NCBI GenBank assembly: GCA_043228905.1
Contig: JBHGNT010000016.1
Location: 11,036,001 to 11,100,000 of the forward strand
Direction: 5' to 3'
DNA: 64,000 bases
Source: Azolla caroliniana
Lineage: Eukaryota > Plantae > Polypodiophyta
Shown: in pieces, positions 38,501 to 51,000 of the stretch
Layout: each line of letters starts with the position of its first letter
How positions within the stretch are numbered: the first letter of the stretch is position 1
Notes under the pieces: model-generated
Databases searched by the model: none
What the model was told of the DNA's origin: nothing
Seen by the model: only the letters and a program-made list of their open reading frames with translations
Made by a program: the position numbers and the translations under genes

Positions 38501-41500
38501 AAACGACTTGTTTCATTTGCAGGTCTTGAAGCCTCCGGTAATTGACGTGGCCGATCCGCTTTTGCCACAGGTCGATGTCCGATTCGACCTTCTGTCCTTT
38601 GGCGAACAAAGCGGTGCCGACGTCATTGGTTTGAGGATGAACATCCTCCCATCTTTGTGCCCTTCCGCAATAATCTGGCTCTCTTCCTCGATGAAGCACC
38701 CAAGGTGCGTAAACCGCACTTGCATCCCCTGGTCAACGATCTGACCGACTGACACCAAGTTCTTCGTGATAGTCGGAACGTGTAATACGTTCATCAGCTT
38801 CTCCCTCTATCTGACGTGGCTCAAAGGGACTTCTCCGATATGCACGATTGGGTGAGGAGTGTCATCTCTGGTTTCAACGACTCCCGGTTGTTCCGGTTTC
38901 TCCAAGAAGGAGAACTACTCTTTGTGGCTCGTCATGTGATTCGACGCACCGGAATCAACGTACCACACTTCCTCCGATTTGGAAGTGGTCTTCTCCATCA
39001 AGTTAGCCTCATGTTTCATCACCAAGACTGGCCCCTTTACCGGCTTTTCCGGTTTTGGATCCTCCCGATCCTTCTGCATAGTGCAAGGATTGTTGATTCT
39101 CTCTGCCGACCTTGCCAGATCCGGATCTGTCCGAATCGGCGCGCTTCTTCCAGCACTCACTTTCTCTGTGGCCCTTTTTACCATAGTACCAACATTCCGT
39201 GTCGGCCTTTGCTTGCCGGCCTCCGGCGCCGTGTTGACTCCCCCTACTTGTGGAGGGTTCGGAACTGTTGTCGGCACGTTCTCTGTGCCTTTGGTCTTGC
39301 TCTTGCCGGCCGCTACCATTGCGAGCCGACCCGCCTCATCCACCACACCCACAGGGCCAATCCGCCTCCGTGTACAACATTCGGTTGTCGGCGGGTGCAC
39401 TTGTTGGCACACCGGTGTGGTTCTCCTCTACAAGGAGCATCGACTGTAAGTCAAAAAATGACGATGTATTCTCCCTTGTACACACGGCAGTTCGGAACGC
39501 TCTGAATTTTGACGCCAAACCTCCGAGACAGATTTGCACCATATCGGCTTCTTCGATATTCACTTCGATGGAGGCCAGAGAGTCACAAATGACCTTGATT
39601 TTGGAGGTGTAGTCTACCACTGACAAGTCGCGTTGTCGTAGGTTGCTCAACTCTTGTCGGAGTTGAAGCTTCCTGGCTGTAGTTCTTGCGGCGAAAATCT
39701 TCTTCAGATTTCCCCAAGCATCTTTCGGCATTCTTGCATCCTGAATGAAGCTTAGGAGTTGTTCGCCCACACAAGACGCGAAGCAATACAATACTCCGCT
39801 CACCGACTATTCCCACACCGGGAAATCTTTGTGTGTCGATTAAGGTGTTGTGTCATTTCCTCCATCGACATAGCTCCAATAATCGTGCCCGAGCAAGTAC
39901 CTTTTGCATCTTGTAGGACCAAGATGCGTAGTTGTTTTTGTCGAGCTTCTCCATCAGAAGCGAGCTAGCCATGCCTCTATCCATCGCTTTTACCTATTCT
40001 TCTTGGTTGGTTTCCCTTTCAAGCTATGTCAGTTGTAGGGGTTCTCAACCCTCATGCTCTGATACCATGTAAAGAATAGCGTGCGGAAGCAAGTAGAAAA
40101 CCGAAGACAGAAAAATACGCAGGTTTAATGGAGAGCTTGAATATACACAATACGCGGGAGAGACATAGAGAGAGAACACCCTGAAAAAACAGTTCAAAAT
40201 AATACTCAATCTGTACATCGTATGTGTTCAGTGAACACTTTCATACAAGTCCATACGGACTGACAGAAGTACGGTGTACTTCAATGGTCACACAAGCGTC
40301 TGACACTAACTATGAGACATTAACTACCTAGTAGTCTAGGCTACTACTACGCTTCCGGTTACTGATGGATCTGGCTAACCGGCTCCCCAGCTCACCGGCT
40401 CATCCTTCCGGATGCCGATCCGGCTCAGGCTTATTCAGCCGATCCGGATCCGGTTGATCTTGCCGCTTAACACAGGTCATCGAGGTATATGGGCAACTTT
40501 TGCAAAGCTCAAGGAGAAGTATTGGTGGCTGGGGGTTTACAAAGATGTAGCACGCTATGTTGAAACATGTGCGCTATGCCAGTTATACTCGAATGTTCAA
40601 TATAGGGATGAACTTAATCCGACATATCCATTATCAATGCACTATAAGTGGTTGGTAGACATAGTGGTTATGCCAATGGGATTGTGGCAAATGAGATACC
40701 TCGTGTTAGCAAGAGAGGATCTCACAAACCAAGTAGAAGGTTGGGCACTAAGGAATAAAACAACTTTGGCGATTTGCAAATTTCTCCTTGAAGATGTTAT
40801 TTGTCGATACAGATGTGTCGGCAAAAGTGTAGCCGATAGAGGAGAATTAGATGCAAATGAAGCTAAAGAGTTTTTCTTAAGGATAGGCGTCAAATTATCA
40901 CTTACTATGGCATATAACCCGGAGGCAAATGGAAAGGTGGAGCGGGGACATAGCCCAATTGTAAAAGCTCTAGCAAAGGATTGCGATAGGAAGATGGGGG
41001 ACTAGCCACGATTATTACCATATGCATTGTGGGCCGATAGAACTACACATAGCACGACTACAGGATATATGTCGGCCAAGCTCATATTAATGCAAAAACC
41101 AATCATGCCTATCGAACAAAGTGTTACCTCATGGATGGCTTTGCCATGGCAAGAGGAGATTAGTCAAGAAGACTTGCTAGCTACAAGGATCCAACAATTA
41201 GAACGGAGACCCAAAGATGTCGAGTTAGCAATAGAACAGTTATGTGAGGCTCGATTGAGGAACAAGGAGAATTTTGATAAAAAACATTGTTTTCGTCTAA
41301 GAAAAATTGAAGAAGGAGATTGGGTACTTGTCTATAATAGCAACCTTGATAATCAGCATAGCACTACTCGAAAGTTCGTGAAACGATGGTTTGGCCCATA
41401 CGTGGTTAAGGAAATAGAAAACAATGCAACCTATTTTCTAGTAGAGTTAGATGGAACTCAACTTGCTTTGCCGATTGCAGGGAAGAGAATCAAGATCTTT

Positions 41501-41554
41501 AAGAGAAGAGAGACCGCAAATCTTGAAATCGAACCTTTAGACTTTGAGGTTTAA
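32583..41554 (+). pseudogene. Gypsy B ORF2 pol: RT, RNase H, integrase (32583-34856 and 40473-41554; split by F)
   Basis: DLYSGYDQF; MPFLDDIPIKG; YVTVDTS..GIGW; ADMLSR; HRGIWAT...CALCQ; VADRGEL; YNPEANGKVERGH; WFGPYVV. Confidence 0.9.
34857..40472 (-). mobile_element. Full-length degenerate Copia element F, inserted in the integrase zinc-binding region of B
   Basis: LTRs 34857-35249 and 40068-40472; TSD TAGGT/CAGGT; PBS 40056-40067; PPT from 35250; all Copia domains present as fragments. Confidence 0.93.
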
Positions 41555-41624
41555 AAATAATAAGCAATAGCAGCTAACAATCATTGGCACATACCGGAGG
41601 ATGTGCAGGTTTGGTGGGGGTGAA

Positions 41625-43427
41625 TGTTGTGATGTTTTCGACACATAGTGTGAAACCACCCTCAAAAGAGAATAAAATGATAGTCCAAAAACTAATTTTC
41701 TTAAGTCAACTATAGTAATAAATGAAAGGATAAAAAGTTAGAAGAGGTTTTCGAAAGTAGACAAAAATAGAGAAAAAGATGGGAAAAGAAAAGCTAGTCG
41801 TTGATATGAGGAGCAAGGTAGAGTAGAAAGCTCATATTTTCCTCGTCAAATGTCCAAATTGGAAAAAAGAAAAGATGCATAAGAAAGCTAACCTAAAGAG
41901 CTTTCCAAGATGCATATGAAATTTGAGGCTAGAAAACAGAAATAGTGAGGAAAAGGAAAGTCGACTCATATAGACAAGCTTTTTTTTAGGGGAAAAAGTC
42001 AAGCAATCCTAAACCTATAAATAAGAGCCTATTCTAGTGAAGAAGGGGGGGGAGGGAGAAGGAACACTGAAGCTCTACTCAATTGGAAAGCGGAAGAAGA
42101 AGGATCAACAACATCGAGAGACAACATCAACAAAGAAACTCCTTCTATACTCCACTCTCTTCTTTCCTCCACCTCTCTTCCCCCATTCATTTATAAACAA
42201 TCCTTCATATTCACATCCAACCCATTGTAACATCATTCTTATATTATAAAAGAATCTATTATATTGATGTAAACTAATGTTTTCTTTCATCTACTTGTCT
42301 TATGTGTAAATCTTGATTGTGCTTATTTGTTATCGTCATTTGTGCTTATTTGTTTGTGTGTCTTGTGACAAGGGAGCGTTTTGGGTTTGCCCATACACCT
42401 CTCCTTTCACAAAGGCATTCAAACCTACGTGTCTTATATGTTATCGTCGTTTGTGCTTATTTGTTTCTGTGTCTTGTCACAAGGGAGCGCTTCGGGTTTG
42501 CCCATGCACCTCTCCTTTCACAAAGGCATTCAAACTTACATGTCTTGAGTGTTAGTGTAAATCTTGCTTGTGCGTTCGTGCGACTTGTGGCAAGGGAGTG
42601 TTCAGCCTTGCCCATGCACCTCTCCTTTCACAAAGGCGTTCGAATTTGTGTCTTCCGTGTGTAAACCTTGCTTGTGTGTTTGTGCGACTTGTGGTAAGGG
42701 AGCGTTCGGGTTCGCCCATGCACCTCTCCTTTCACAAAGGCGTTCGAAATTGTGTCTCCCGTGTGTAAACCTTGCTTGTGTGTTCGTGCGACTTGTGGCA
42801 AGGGAGCATTCGGGCTTGCCCATGCACCTCTCCTTTGACAAAGGCATTTGAAATTGTGTCTCTCGTGTGTAAACCTTGCTCAAGTGTGTTTGTGCGACTT
42901 GTGGTACGGGAGCATTCGGGTTTGCCCATGCACCTTTCCTTTCACAAAGGCGTTCGAAATTGTGTCTCCCTTGTGTAAACCTTGCTTGTGTGTTCGTGCG
43001 ACTTGTGGCAACGGAGCATTCGGTCTTGCCCATGCACCTCTCCTTTCACAAAGGCATTCAAAATGGTGTCTCCCGTGTATAACCTTGCTTGTGTGTTTGC
43101 GTCTTTTGTAACAAGGAGCATTCAGGTTTTGCCCATGCACCTCTCTTTTCACAAAGGCATTCGAAACTTTGTCTCTCGTGTGTGTAAGTAAGCCTTTTCC
43201 TTGTGTATCCGTGTGTAATACTTCCTCACGTGCATTCGTTCGCCTTGAGACTAGGGGTTGATTCAAGCTTGCCCATGCACCTCTCCTTTTCACAAACACG
43301 TTCGGATACTCGTGCCTTGTTTGTGTAAGCCTTCCTTGTGTTGTGCGTGTAAGCACTATTTGCTTCCTGTCCATAACCCCGGCGGTTCCGCCTCATGATC
43401 CGCACATAGTGACAGATTTTCACGACA
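41625..43427 (+). repeat. Gypsy B 3' LTR (1.8 kb) with about nine units of roughly 104 bp at about 42330-43300
   Basis: Homologous to 11637-12467 plus 18105-19072. TATA-like ctataaata near 42015. Confidence 0.93.
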
Positions 43428-44387
43428 CCGTTTCTCATCACATGCCGGTCTGGAATTGCGACGTAGCTTCAGGTTCCGGTCCAAGGGTGTAGAGATAGGT
43501 CGGCATTCTGTCATACCGAACTTGTACAATATATTCAACAAGTAATGGCGTTGTGAGAGCAATATGCCATCGGGGGTTCGGATCACCTTGATCCCAAGGA
43601 AATAATGAAGGTCCCCCATGCCCTTCATCTCAAATGCGTCTGACAACTAGGCCTTGACACGGCTGATTTCATTGAGTCTGGGCTCGACGATCACTAAATC
43701 ATCTACATAAAGTAAGATGGAAACCAGACCATCTGGACTTTGTCGGATGAACAACAATGAGTCAGATTTAGAGGTCACAAACCCTATTTTATGCAACCAA
43801 TGTGTGATTTTTGCATTCCAAGCTCTGGGGGCTTGTTTCAGACCGTAAAGCGACTTCTTAAGCTGGCACACAGCCGACTTGTTCATCTCCGACTGAAAAC
43901 CAAGAGGTTGGATCATATAGACCCGTTGTTCAAGGTCACCTTGAAGAAACGCATTCTTCACGTCCTTCTGGTGAAGATGCCACCCCCTTGCCGCAACAAT
44001 CGCCAGTACCACACGAACTGTTGTCATCTTCGCTACCGGAGTGAAGGTCTCATCATAGTCGATTCTATGGATCTGTGTGTATCCCTTCGCCACTAACCGG
44101 GCCTTGTAGTAGTTAACCGAACCGTTGGCATTGTACTTTACCTTGTACACCCATTTGCAAGCAATCGGTTAATAGTGTCAGGGATGGTCAACGAGGTCCT
44201 ATGTGTCGTTGGCATTGAGTGCCCGCATTTCTTCTTCCATAGCGACACACCAATCTGCATCCTTTTCCGCTTCTACGTAGCTCTCTGACTCACGCACTTC
44301 CGCCACTTTGGTCATGTAGTCATTGTACCCGTACCGCGTAACGGGGTTCTTCTGGCGGGAAGACCAATGTAACTTGTAATCACCCGG

Positions 44388-45560
44388 TGTCGTGTGAATC
44401 TTCACACACTATGTAAAAAATAAATATAAATAATGAAACAATTATTTTAGATTAGATTAGTAGCTTGTTATAGAAATATGGATGTACTCAAGAGCTTCAA
44501 AACGCATTTTACTACATACAAAATAGACAACTACATATCAAGTTAGGTGGAGATTAAGCTTGAGAACATAGGGAAAATAGAATTTTGAAGTATCCCACAT
44601 AGATAGGAAAATTAAGGCCCTGGCTATATAACCACACTGAGATCCATCATTTTTCATTTGTGCTAAGAACACTTTGGCCACTTTGTCTTGATGGATGATG
44701 GTGGCTAAGTTCCCAAAAACCGGAAACCGGTCAGTAAGCAATCCAGAACCGGCTGGTAAGCAATCCAGAAGGCCCGGTAAGCAAAACCGGAAACAGCCCG
44801 GTAAGCAAACCGGAACCGGCGAGGAGCCAGCGAGGTGGCGGCAATCGGCGACTGAATGGAACCGGCGATCGGATGAGGCTAGATGCAAACCGAACGGATA
44901 AAAGGATCATGTGACTAATTAAAGTGAAGTGAAGAAAACTAAAGTAAAGGTCATGTGGACGGTTGCATGCAACTAAAAGAAAAAGGCATGCAACTAAAAA
45001 TAGATGCAACTAAAATAAAAAGCTAAGCAACTAAAAGTAGAGGCCATGCAACAAAAAGTGGACATGCATATGATCAACTGGGAACTCCATATAAAATTCC
45101 ATCTTTTTTTTACACTCATTCTCTCTCCATATGATTTTTTTCTTTTCCTTCTGAGCTCTCTTATCTTGTCGAAGCCATATCTCTCATAAACCCTAATTTC
45201 CTTACGAAAACCAAAAACCCTAATTTTCCCTACGGAAGCCAAAAACCCTAATTTTCCATATGGAAGTTATTCAACTCATAAAACCATAATCTCTTATCAA
45301 AGCCAAAAACCCTAATTTTCTATAGAATTCATATCTTAATTTCCTCTTATCTATTACTCTAGTAATCTCCATTAACTAAACACTTTGTAATCTCAATCTT
45401 GAGATTGATTGTAATCTTTCTTTCCCTTTATTAATGAAATTTGTGAATCTTTCCCATTTTGTATTTAATTGTTTAATATAATCATACGAGTCTGATATTC
45501 CGATCGGAGGCCCCGGGGTCCTGCCTCAAGTTCACGTATCCTCGTCGAATTTTCGCGCCA
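44388..45560. mobile_element. Solo LTR G (1173 bp), inserted in A
   Basis: TG...CA ends flanked by CCGG on both sides. The flanks rejoin to match the homologous F sequence at about 37340-37375. No coding motifs. Confidence 0.8.
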
Positions 45561-46677
45561 CCGGTTTGGTGCCCTTCTTGACCACTTCGGTCTTCGTTCC
45601 CGAAAATTTGCCTTCATCCTTTCCCGAAAATCTGACATTTCATATTCCAACATTTTCTGCTTCCCTTTCTCTTTCCGCGTGAACCGTCTCCTCAGTTCCT
45701 TGCGCGGGGAGAGCATGGCATAGTCTCCACTCTCCACTACTCGTCAATTCCTCATCCGACTGGTCACTTTGACCCAGTCACTCATTCGGTCCGCTCAACC
45801 GAAACAATTCCGGACTCTCTTTTCTAGAGTCTCAAGCTCATCATCTTCTATCTGGATCAGTTCAGGCTCACTAACTGTCATGGTATGGCAAGACTCGAAC
45901 CCATGACCTTATGTTACATGGGTCGAGCTCTTGACCATTACACTATCTATTGTAATACGTAGGATATTATTTTTATTTAAATTTACTGTAGAAAATTAAT
46001 GTATATTCCAGATTTCTCTAGAACATTCTGGAAGCTTCAGGACTTCTCTTGCGAACACTATATAAGGAGGCACATGACATTATTTCGAACCAAATCGGTT
46101 CAATGCCAGTCTTAAGCCTCCTAGCCTTCCTTGTATATTCTTCTCACATAATATATCATTGTCATCATCATTTTCTCTCCCTCTCACTCTCACTCTCACT
46201 CACTCTCTCTCTCTCTTCACGGAATGGGGAAGCTATCTCTTTGATCGAGCCCAATCCTTGCACAAATTTCTCTCATGACCACAATGTGCACTCTCTATTG
46301 CAACATTCATTGGTAAAGTTCTTGAACATCGAGAGTCACTACTCACCTTCACACGTATCACGTGAAATGTAATATTTTTGGTCTCATAGGTCACATTTGA
46401 CCTCCGAAGACGATAATATAATCTATCTATCTATCTCTCCTTCTCTCGAGTGTTCTACACCCTCTATTCCTCTTAGTACTAATATTCCTCTCTTAGTACT
46501 AATTTCTTCTTTGTCTCGGTACTATTCCTGACAGTTTGAACCGATTTCTCCTCATTCAGTCTCTCCTCCTTTCCTCCTCTTCCTTTTATCTTTTTACATA
46601 TCCCCTTTTTTCCGGTTTCCCTCATCTTCTTACACCTTTTTTCCCTTCATACTAATCCTCTTATCCTCCCTAGTAAA

Positions 46678-48084
46678 ATGGAAACTATTAGCGCTCAAGA
46701 ATACCAATATGTTTTCTCGAAGCTCCAGTGCTTAAAAGAGAAATTTGTAGCACTAGAACAAGAAAATCATCGTTTGTTGGGGGATCTTCAACAAATAGTG
46801 TTGGAAAAACAACAACAACACGGTGTACAACAACTTGAAGCGACTATTGTATCACGACAACAAGAAGGATCAAACACTCAAGGGATTCACAAAGAACCCA
46901 AGATCGGTCTTCCTACTAAATTTGATGGGACCCGATCACAGTTTAGAGGTTTTCTGAATCAGGTACGTTTAGTGATTCAAATGCATCCTTCTTGATATCC
47001 CACCGATGCATCACGAGTGGGACTAGTAGGCACTCTACTTAGTGGCTCAACATTGGCATGGTTCACTCCATTGTTAGAAAAGGAATCTCCATTACTAAAC
47101 AATTTTGAAGAATTTATAAGTGAGTTTAAAGCTTGTTTTGGAGATACTGACAGCATAAGGACAACAATCAACAAAATCCGACGATTACGCCAAGGTGATC
47201 GTCCAGCCTCCGCATACGATGCAGATTTCTGCCTACTCGCCGCCGATATCCCTTGGGATGATCAAGCATTGATGGAGCAATTTCGTTATGGTTTACGCAA
47301 TGATGTCAAGGATTTACTCTTGACCTTCCTCGAAGAACCAAAGTCATTAACATAAGCAATCAGTCGCATTGTGAGATGCGACAACCGCCTTTTCGAACGA
47401 CATTCGGAATGGCATTTCTAGATGACGAGGGCCAGATCAGAGCCCACCTATGCCTCAGTGGTAGCGAAACCTTTTCCAAGGGAGTCATATAATGCGTCTC
47501 CAGTGAATACTCCGACTCCAATGGAGATTGGCACTACATGTCGTCGCGGACCATTATTGGAAGCATAGTATGAACCATACGTACCTACGTGCATTCGTAT
47601 TCACGAATGATTGAACCATTCGTGTAAGAAAAACACCCTCAAAGAATGATAAATACCATACTTTTGGATTATCTATTTATTATGACGTAAATAAGCCTAA
47701 AAAATGGAAAAAAACAAAAAAAAAACATTAAAAAATGGGAAAAAAACACAAGAATGTTTGAATAACATTCACATTCATTTTCCAACGTAGGAAAACGAAT
47801 GTTATGCTAGACGAACACGAATTTTACGTACTATGGCCGGAAGTATAAAAGCAGCGACGTCGAGCAAATCGACTATGTCTTTATTGCTGTGGACCAAGGC
47901 ATATTGCAGTAAATTGTCCCCATAGGCCAAGAAGATAGGTAAACTAAATAGTTGCTAGTTCTAATTGTACTAAACCCGAGTCTATTTCAGTATGAATATC
48001 TAATAGTCCTAATAGTACTAATACCCAAATCTAGCGGACAAATTTGATGTCCTTAGTCAATTAGAAGAAGAGTTAAACGACTAA
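46678..48084 (+). pseudogene. Chromovirus H gag
   Basis: EPKIGLPTKFDGTRSQFRGFLNQ; LRQGDRPASAY; PMEI; zinc knuckle LCLYC...HIAVNCP. Has stops and a MITE insertion. Confidence 0.88.
47564..47835. mobile_element. 272-bp MITE (hAT-like) inside H gag
   Basis: Terminal inverted repeat CATAGTA...TACTATG; candidate 8-bp TSD ATTGGAAG/GCCGGAAG (differences are all transitions); AT-rich interior. Removing it restores the GPLLE...KQRRRANRLCLYC context. Confidence 0.75.
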
Positions 48085-51000
48085 CTCCAACCAAAATAGG
48101 AGTCGTTTGGTTGGACAACCCTAGATCTGTGCAACCCATTAGTGATTTCATTCCCTCTAAGCAAGTTAGCAATGTGTTTATAGCCCAGGTAACAGTTAGT
48201 ACTAAAAGTACCCCTCCAGTACATGTCTTAGCACTTCTAGATTCCGGAGCTAATTCTTGCTTCATGGATTGGAATTTTGCCCAAGCTCATCAGATATCTC
48301 TCAGAAAACTCCCATGTCCAGCCTCTGTAGTAGTCATTGATGGTCGTCCCAATGCTTCTAGAAATATCATAGAAGAGTCAGAGCCCATTAATATTGTCCT
48401 AGATAATCCAGCGTGTGTAGTATCATTTAATATAATTAGTATCCCAGAACATCCCATTGTTTTAGGATTACCATGGTTCGAATTACATATCCCAGACATA
48501 GATTGGAGAACAAGAGAAATCTGGTATCGACAAGCCCGAGGATCTACTCATTAGATTGCAAACATTTCGCTACATCAGTTGCGGGAAGAAGGACGCAAGG
48601 AAGAAATGTTTCTCTTCGCAATATTAGTAAAACCCTCCGACACCACTAAAGAGGAGTCCACCGTTCAACTTCCAAAGAAGTATCATCATTATGCTGATGT
48701 GTTCAATAAAGTACAAGCCAATATGCTTCCTCACCATCAACCGTATGATTGCCCCATCGATTTATAACCGGGAAAAGAGCCACCATGGGGACCGATCTAA
48801 GATTTGTCACCAACCGAGGTAGAAGTCCTTTGAGCCTATATAGAGGAGAATTTGGAAAATGGTTTGATTCGGCACTCAAAATCTCCAACTGGTGCACCCA
48901 TTTTCTTCGTCAAGAAAAGGGATGGATCACTTCGTCTCGTTGTAAATTACCGTGGCTTGAATAAGGTCACCATCAGAAATAGGTATGCACTTCCCCTTAT
49001 CTCAAGTATTTTAGAACGGATCAATGGTGCAAGGGTTCTTCACGAAGATCGACTTATGGGGAGCATATAATCTCGTATGGATCCGACCAGGAGATGAATG
49101 GAAAACAACGTTTCGTATTAGATATGGGCACTTCGAGTATACGGTCATGCCGTTCGGCCTCACTAATGCGCCAGCAGTCTTCCAGCACATGGCAAATGAT
49201 ATATTCCGAGATCTCTTGGATGTTGTTTTGATCATCTATTTGGATGATCTACTGGTTTATTCGAAGACCCAAGAAGAGCATGAATCTCATGTACTTTTAG
49301 TACTAAAACGACTTCAAGAACATAGTCTTTATGCAAAGTTGTAAAAATGTAGTTTCGGGTGCAACTAGGTGGAATTTCTGGGCTATGTCATCTCCTCATA
49401 AGGCATCTCCATGGATCCAGCTAAGGTCAAAACAATGGTAGAGATGCAAACTCCGCGTTTGTTGCGAGATATGCAATGCTTTTTACGTTTTGCCAATTTC
49501 TACCGCAAGTTTATACAGGATTACTCAAAGCTTGTTCTACCTCTCACACAACTTACTAAGAAGGGACAATCGTTCGTTTGGTCTGATGAAGCAGACATGG
49601 CTTTTGAGAATCTTAAGAACGCATTTACATCAGCTCCTATTCAAGCTCACATTGATCCGGAAAAACCATTCATCATGGAAGCGGACGCGTCGGATTTCGC
49701 ATTAGGTAGCATTCTGTCACAACAAGGTAATGATGAAAAGCTACATCTTGTGGCTTTCCACTCACGCAAGTTTGACGCCGCCGAAATCAACTATGAAATT
49801 CATGATAAGGAGCTATTAGCAATAGTGGACTCTTTTATGCAATGGAGGCATTTTCTAGAGAGATCCTCTCATCAAGTCATCGTATTTAGTGATCACAAAA
49901 ACCTTGCCTACTTTTAAAGTGCTCGTGTGTTAAATCAACGTCAAGCTCGGTGACCCACTTCCTCACGCGTTACGACTTCAAAATTACATATCATCTAGGG
50001 AAGCACCAAGGGATGGTAGATGCATTATCACGACACGTGTCCTGGCGTGCCAGCTTTCGATAACCAAAAGCGAGTAATCTTGGGACCGACACGACTTCAA
50101 GCAACACAGGTCTTCGGCATGCCCTTGGATTCCCACGTTATCAATACCATACCATACATGAGGATTTGAAGACAAATGCTTTCGCCCAAGCCATTCTAGC
50201 ACAAATTGATCCCTCTTGAGCATCTTGTTCTCAGTCGCAACAACCAGGTACGAACTATCGACAATTCGAATGTCATGATGGATTACTATTCTTTAAGAAA
50301 CTCTTGTATGTTCCAAATGGTTCTTGTTGCCTTTGAGTAGTCCAAAATTGACATGACACATATATAGCTGGGCATTTTGGTAGTACTAAGACATTAGATT
50401 TAGTACAACGATCATTCTGTTGGCCCTATATGCGACAATTTGTCGAAGATTTTGTTCGGACTTGTGATACATGTTGTAGAGCAAAAATGCCAAGGCATCA
50501 TCCATATGGTTTATTAGAACCATTACCAATTCCAAGCAAGCCGTAGCAATCCATTGCTCTAGATTTCATCACAGATCTTCTAGTCTCTAAGGGATTCAAT
50601 GTGATTTTAACAGTAGTAGATCAATATATGAAGATGGCTCATTTCCTGACATGTCCTAAGGAAATCTCCAGTTAAGAAACCGCTGAAATTGTCATGTGTG
50701 AAATATGTCAGCATCATGGGCTTCCTGATAATATCATCAGTGATTGTGGACCCCAGTTCGTCTCGAAATTCTGGAAGCACCTTTTTAAAATGCTCAAGGT
50801 CATTTGTAACCTCTCCTACGGCTACCACCCGCAAACTGACGGCCAAGCAGAACGAACAAATCAAATGCTGGAGCAGTATCTTCGGTGCTTTCTAAGCTAT
50901 CATCAAGATGACTAGGCGGATATTCTCCACTTTGCTGAATTTGCCTATAATAACTCTATCCACTCATCGACTAAAGTTACGCCATTTTATGCTTATACGG

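Larger units (their letters stand above)
11637..43427 (+). mobile_element. Ty3/Gypsy non-chromovirus element B (possibly Phygy/Selgy-like), interrupted by C, D(E) and F
   Basis: Termini TGTCGTGA...TCACGACA; TSD CCGT; 5' LTR 11637-19072 (split by C); 3' LTR 41625-43427; PPT 41608-41624. Domain order gag, PR, RT (MPFLDD), RNase H, integrase. No chromodomain seen. Confidence 0.92.

Noticed and set aside
45881-45952. A functional tRNA gene
   Set aside because: A- and B-box-like motifs are present, but no convincing acceptor or anticodon stem; reported only as tRNA-like.
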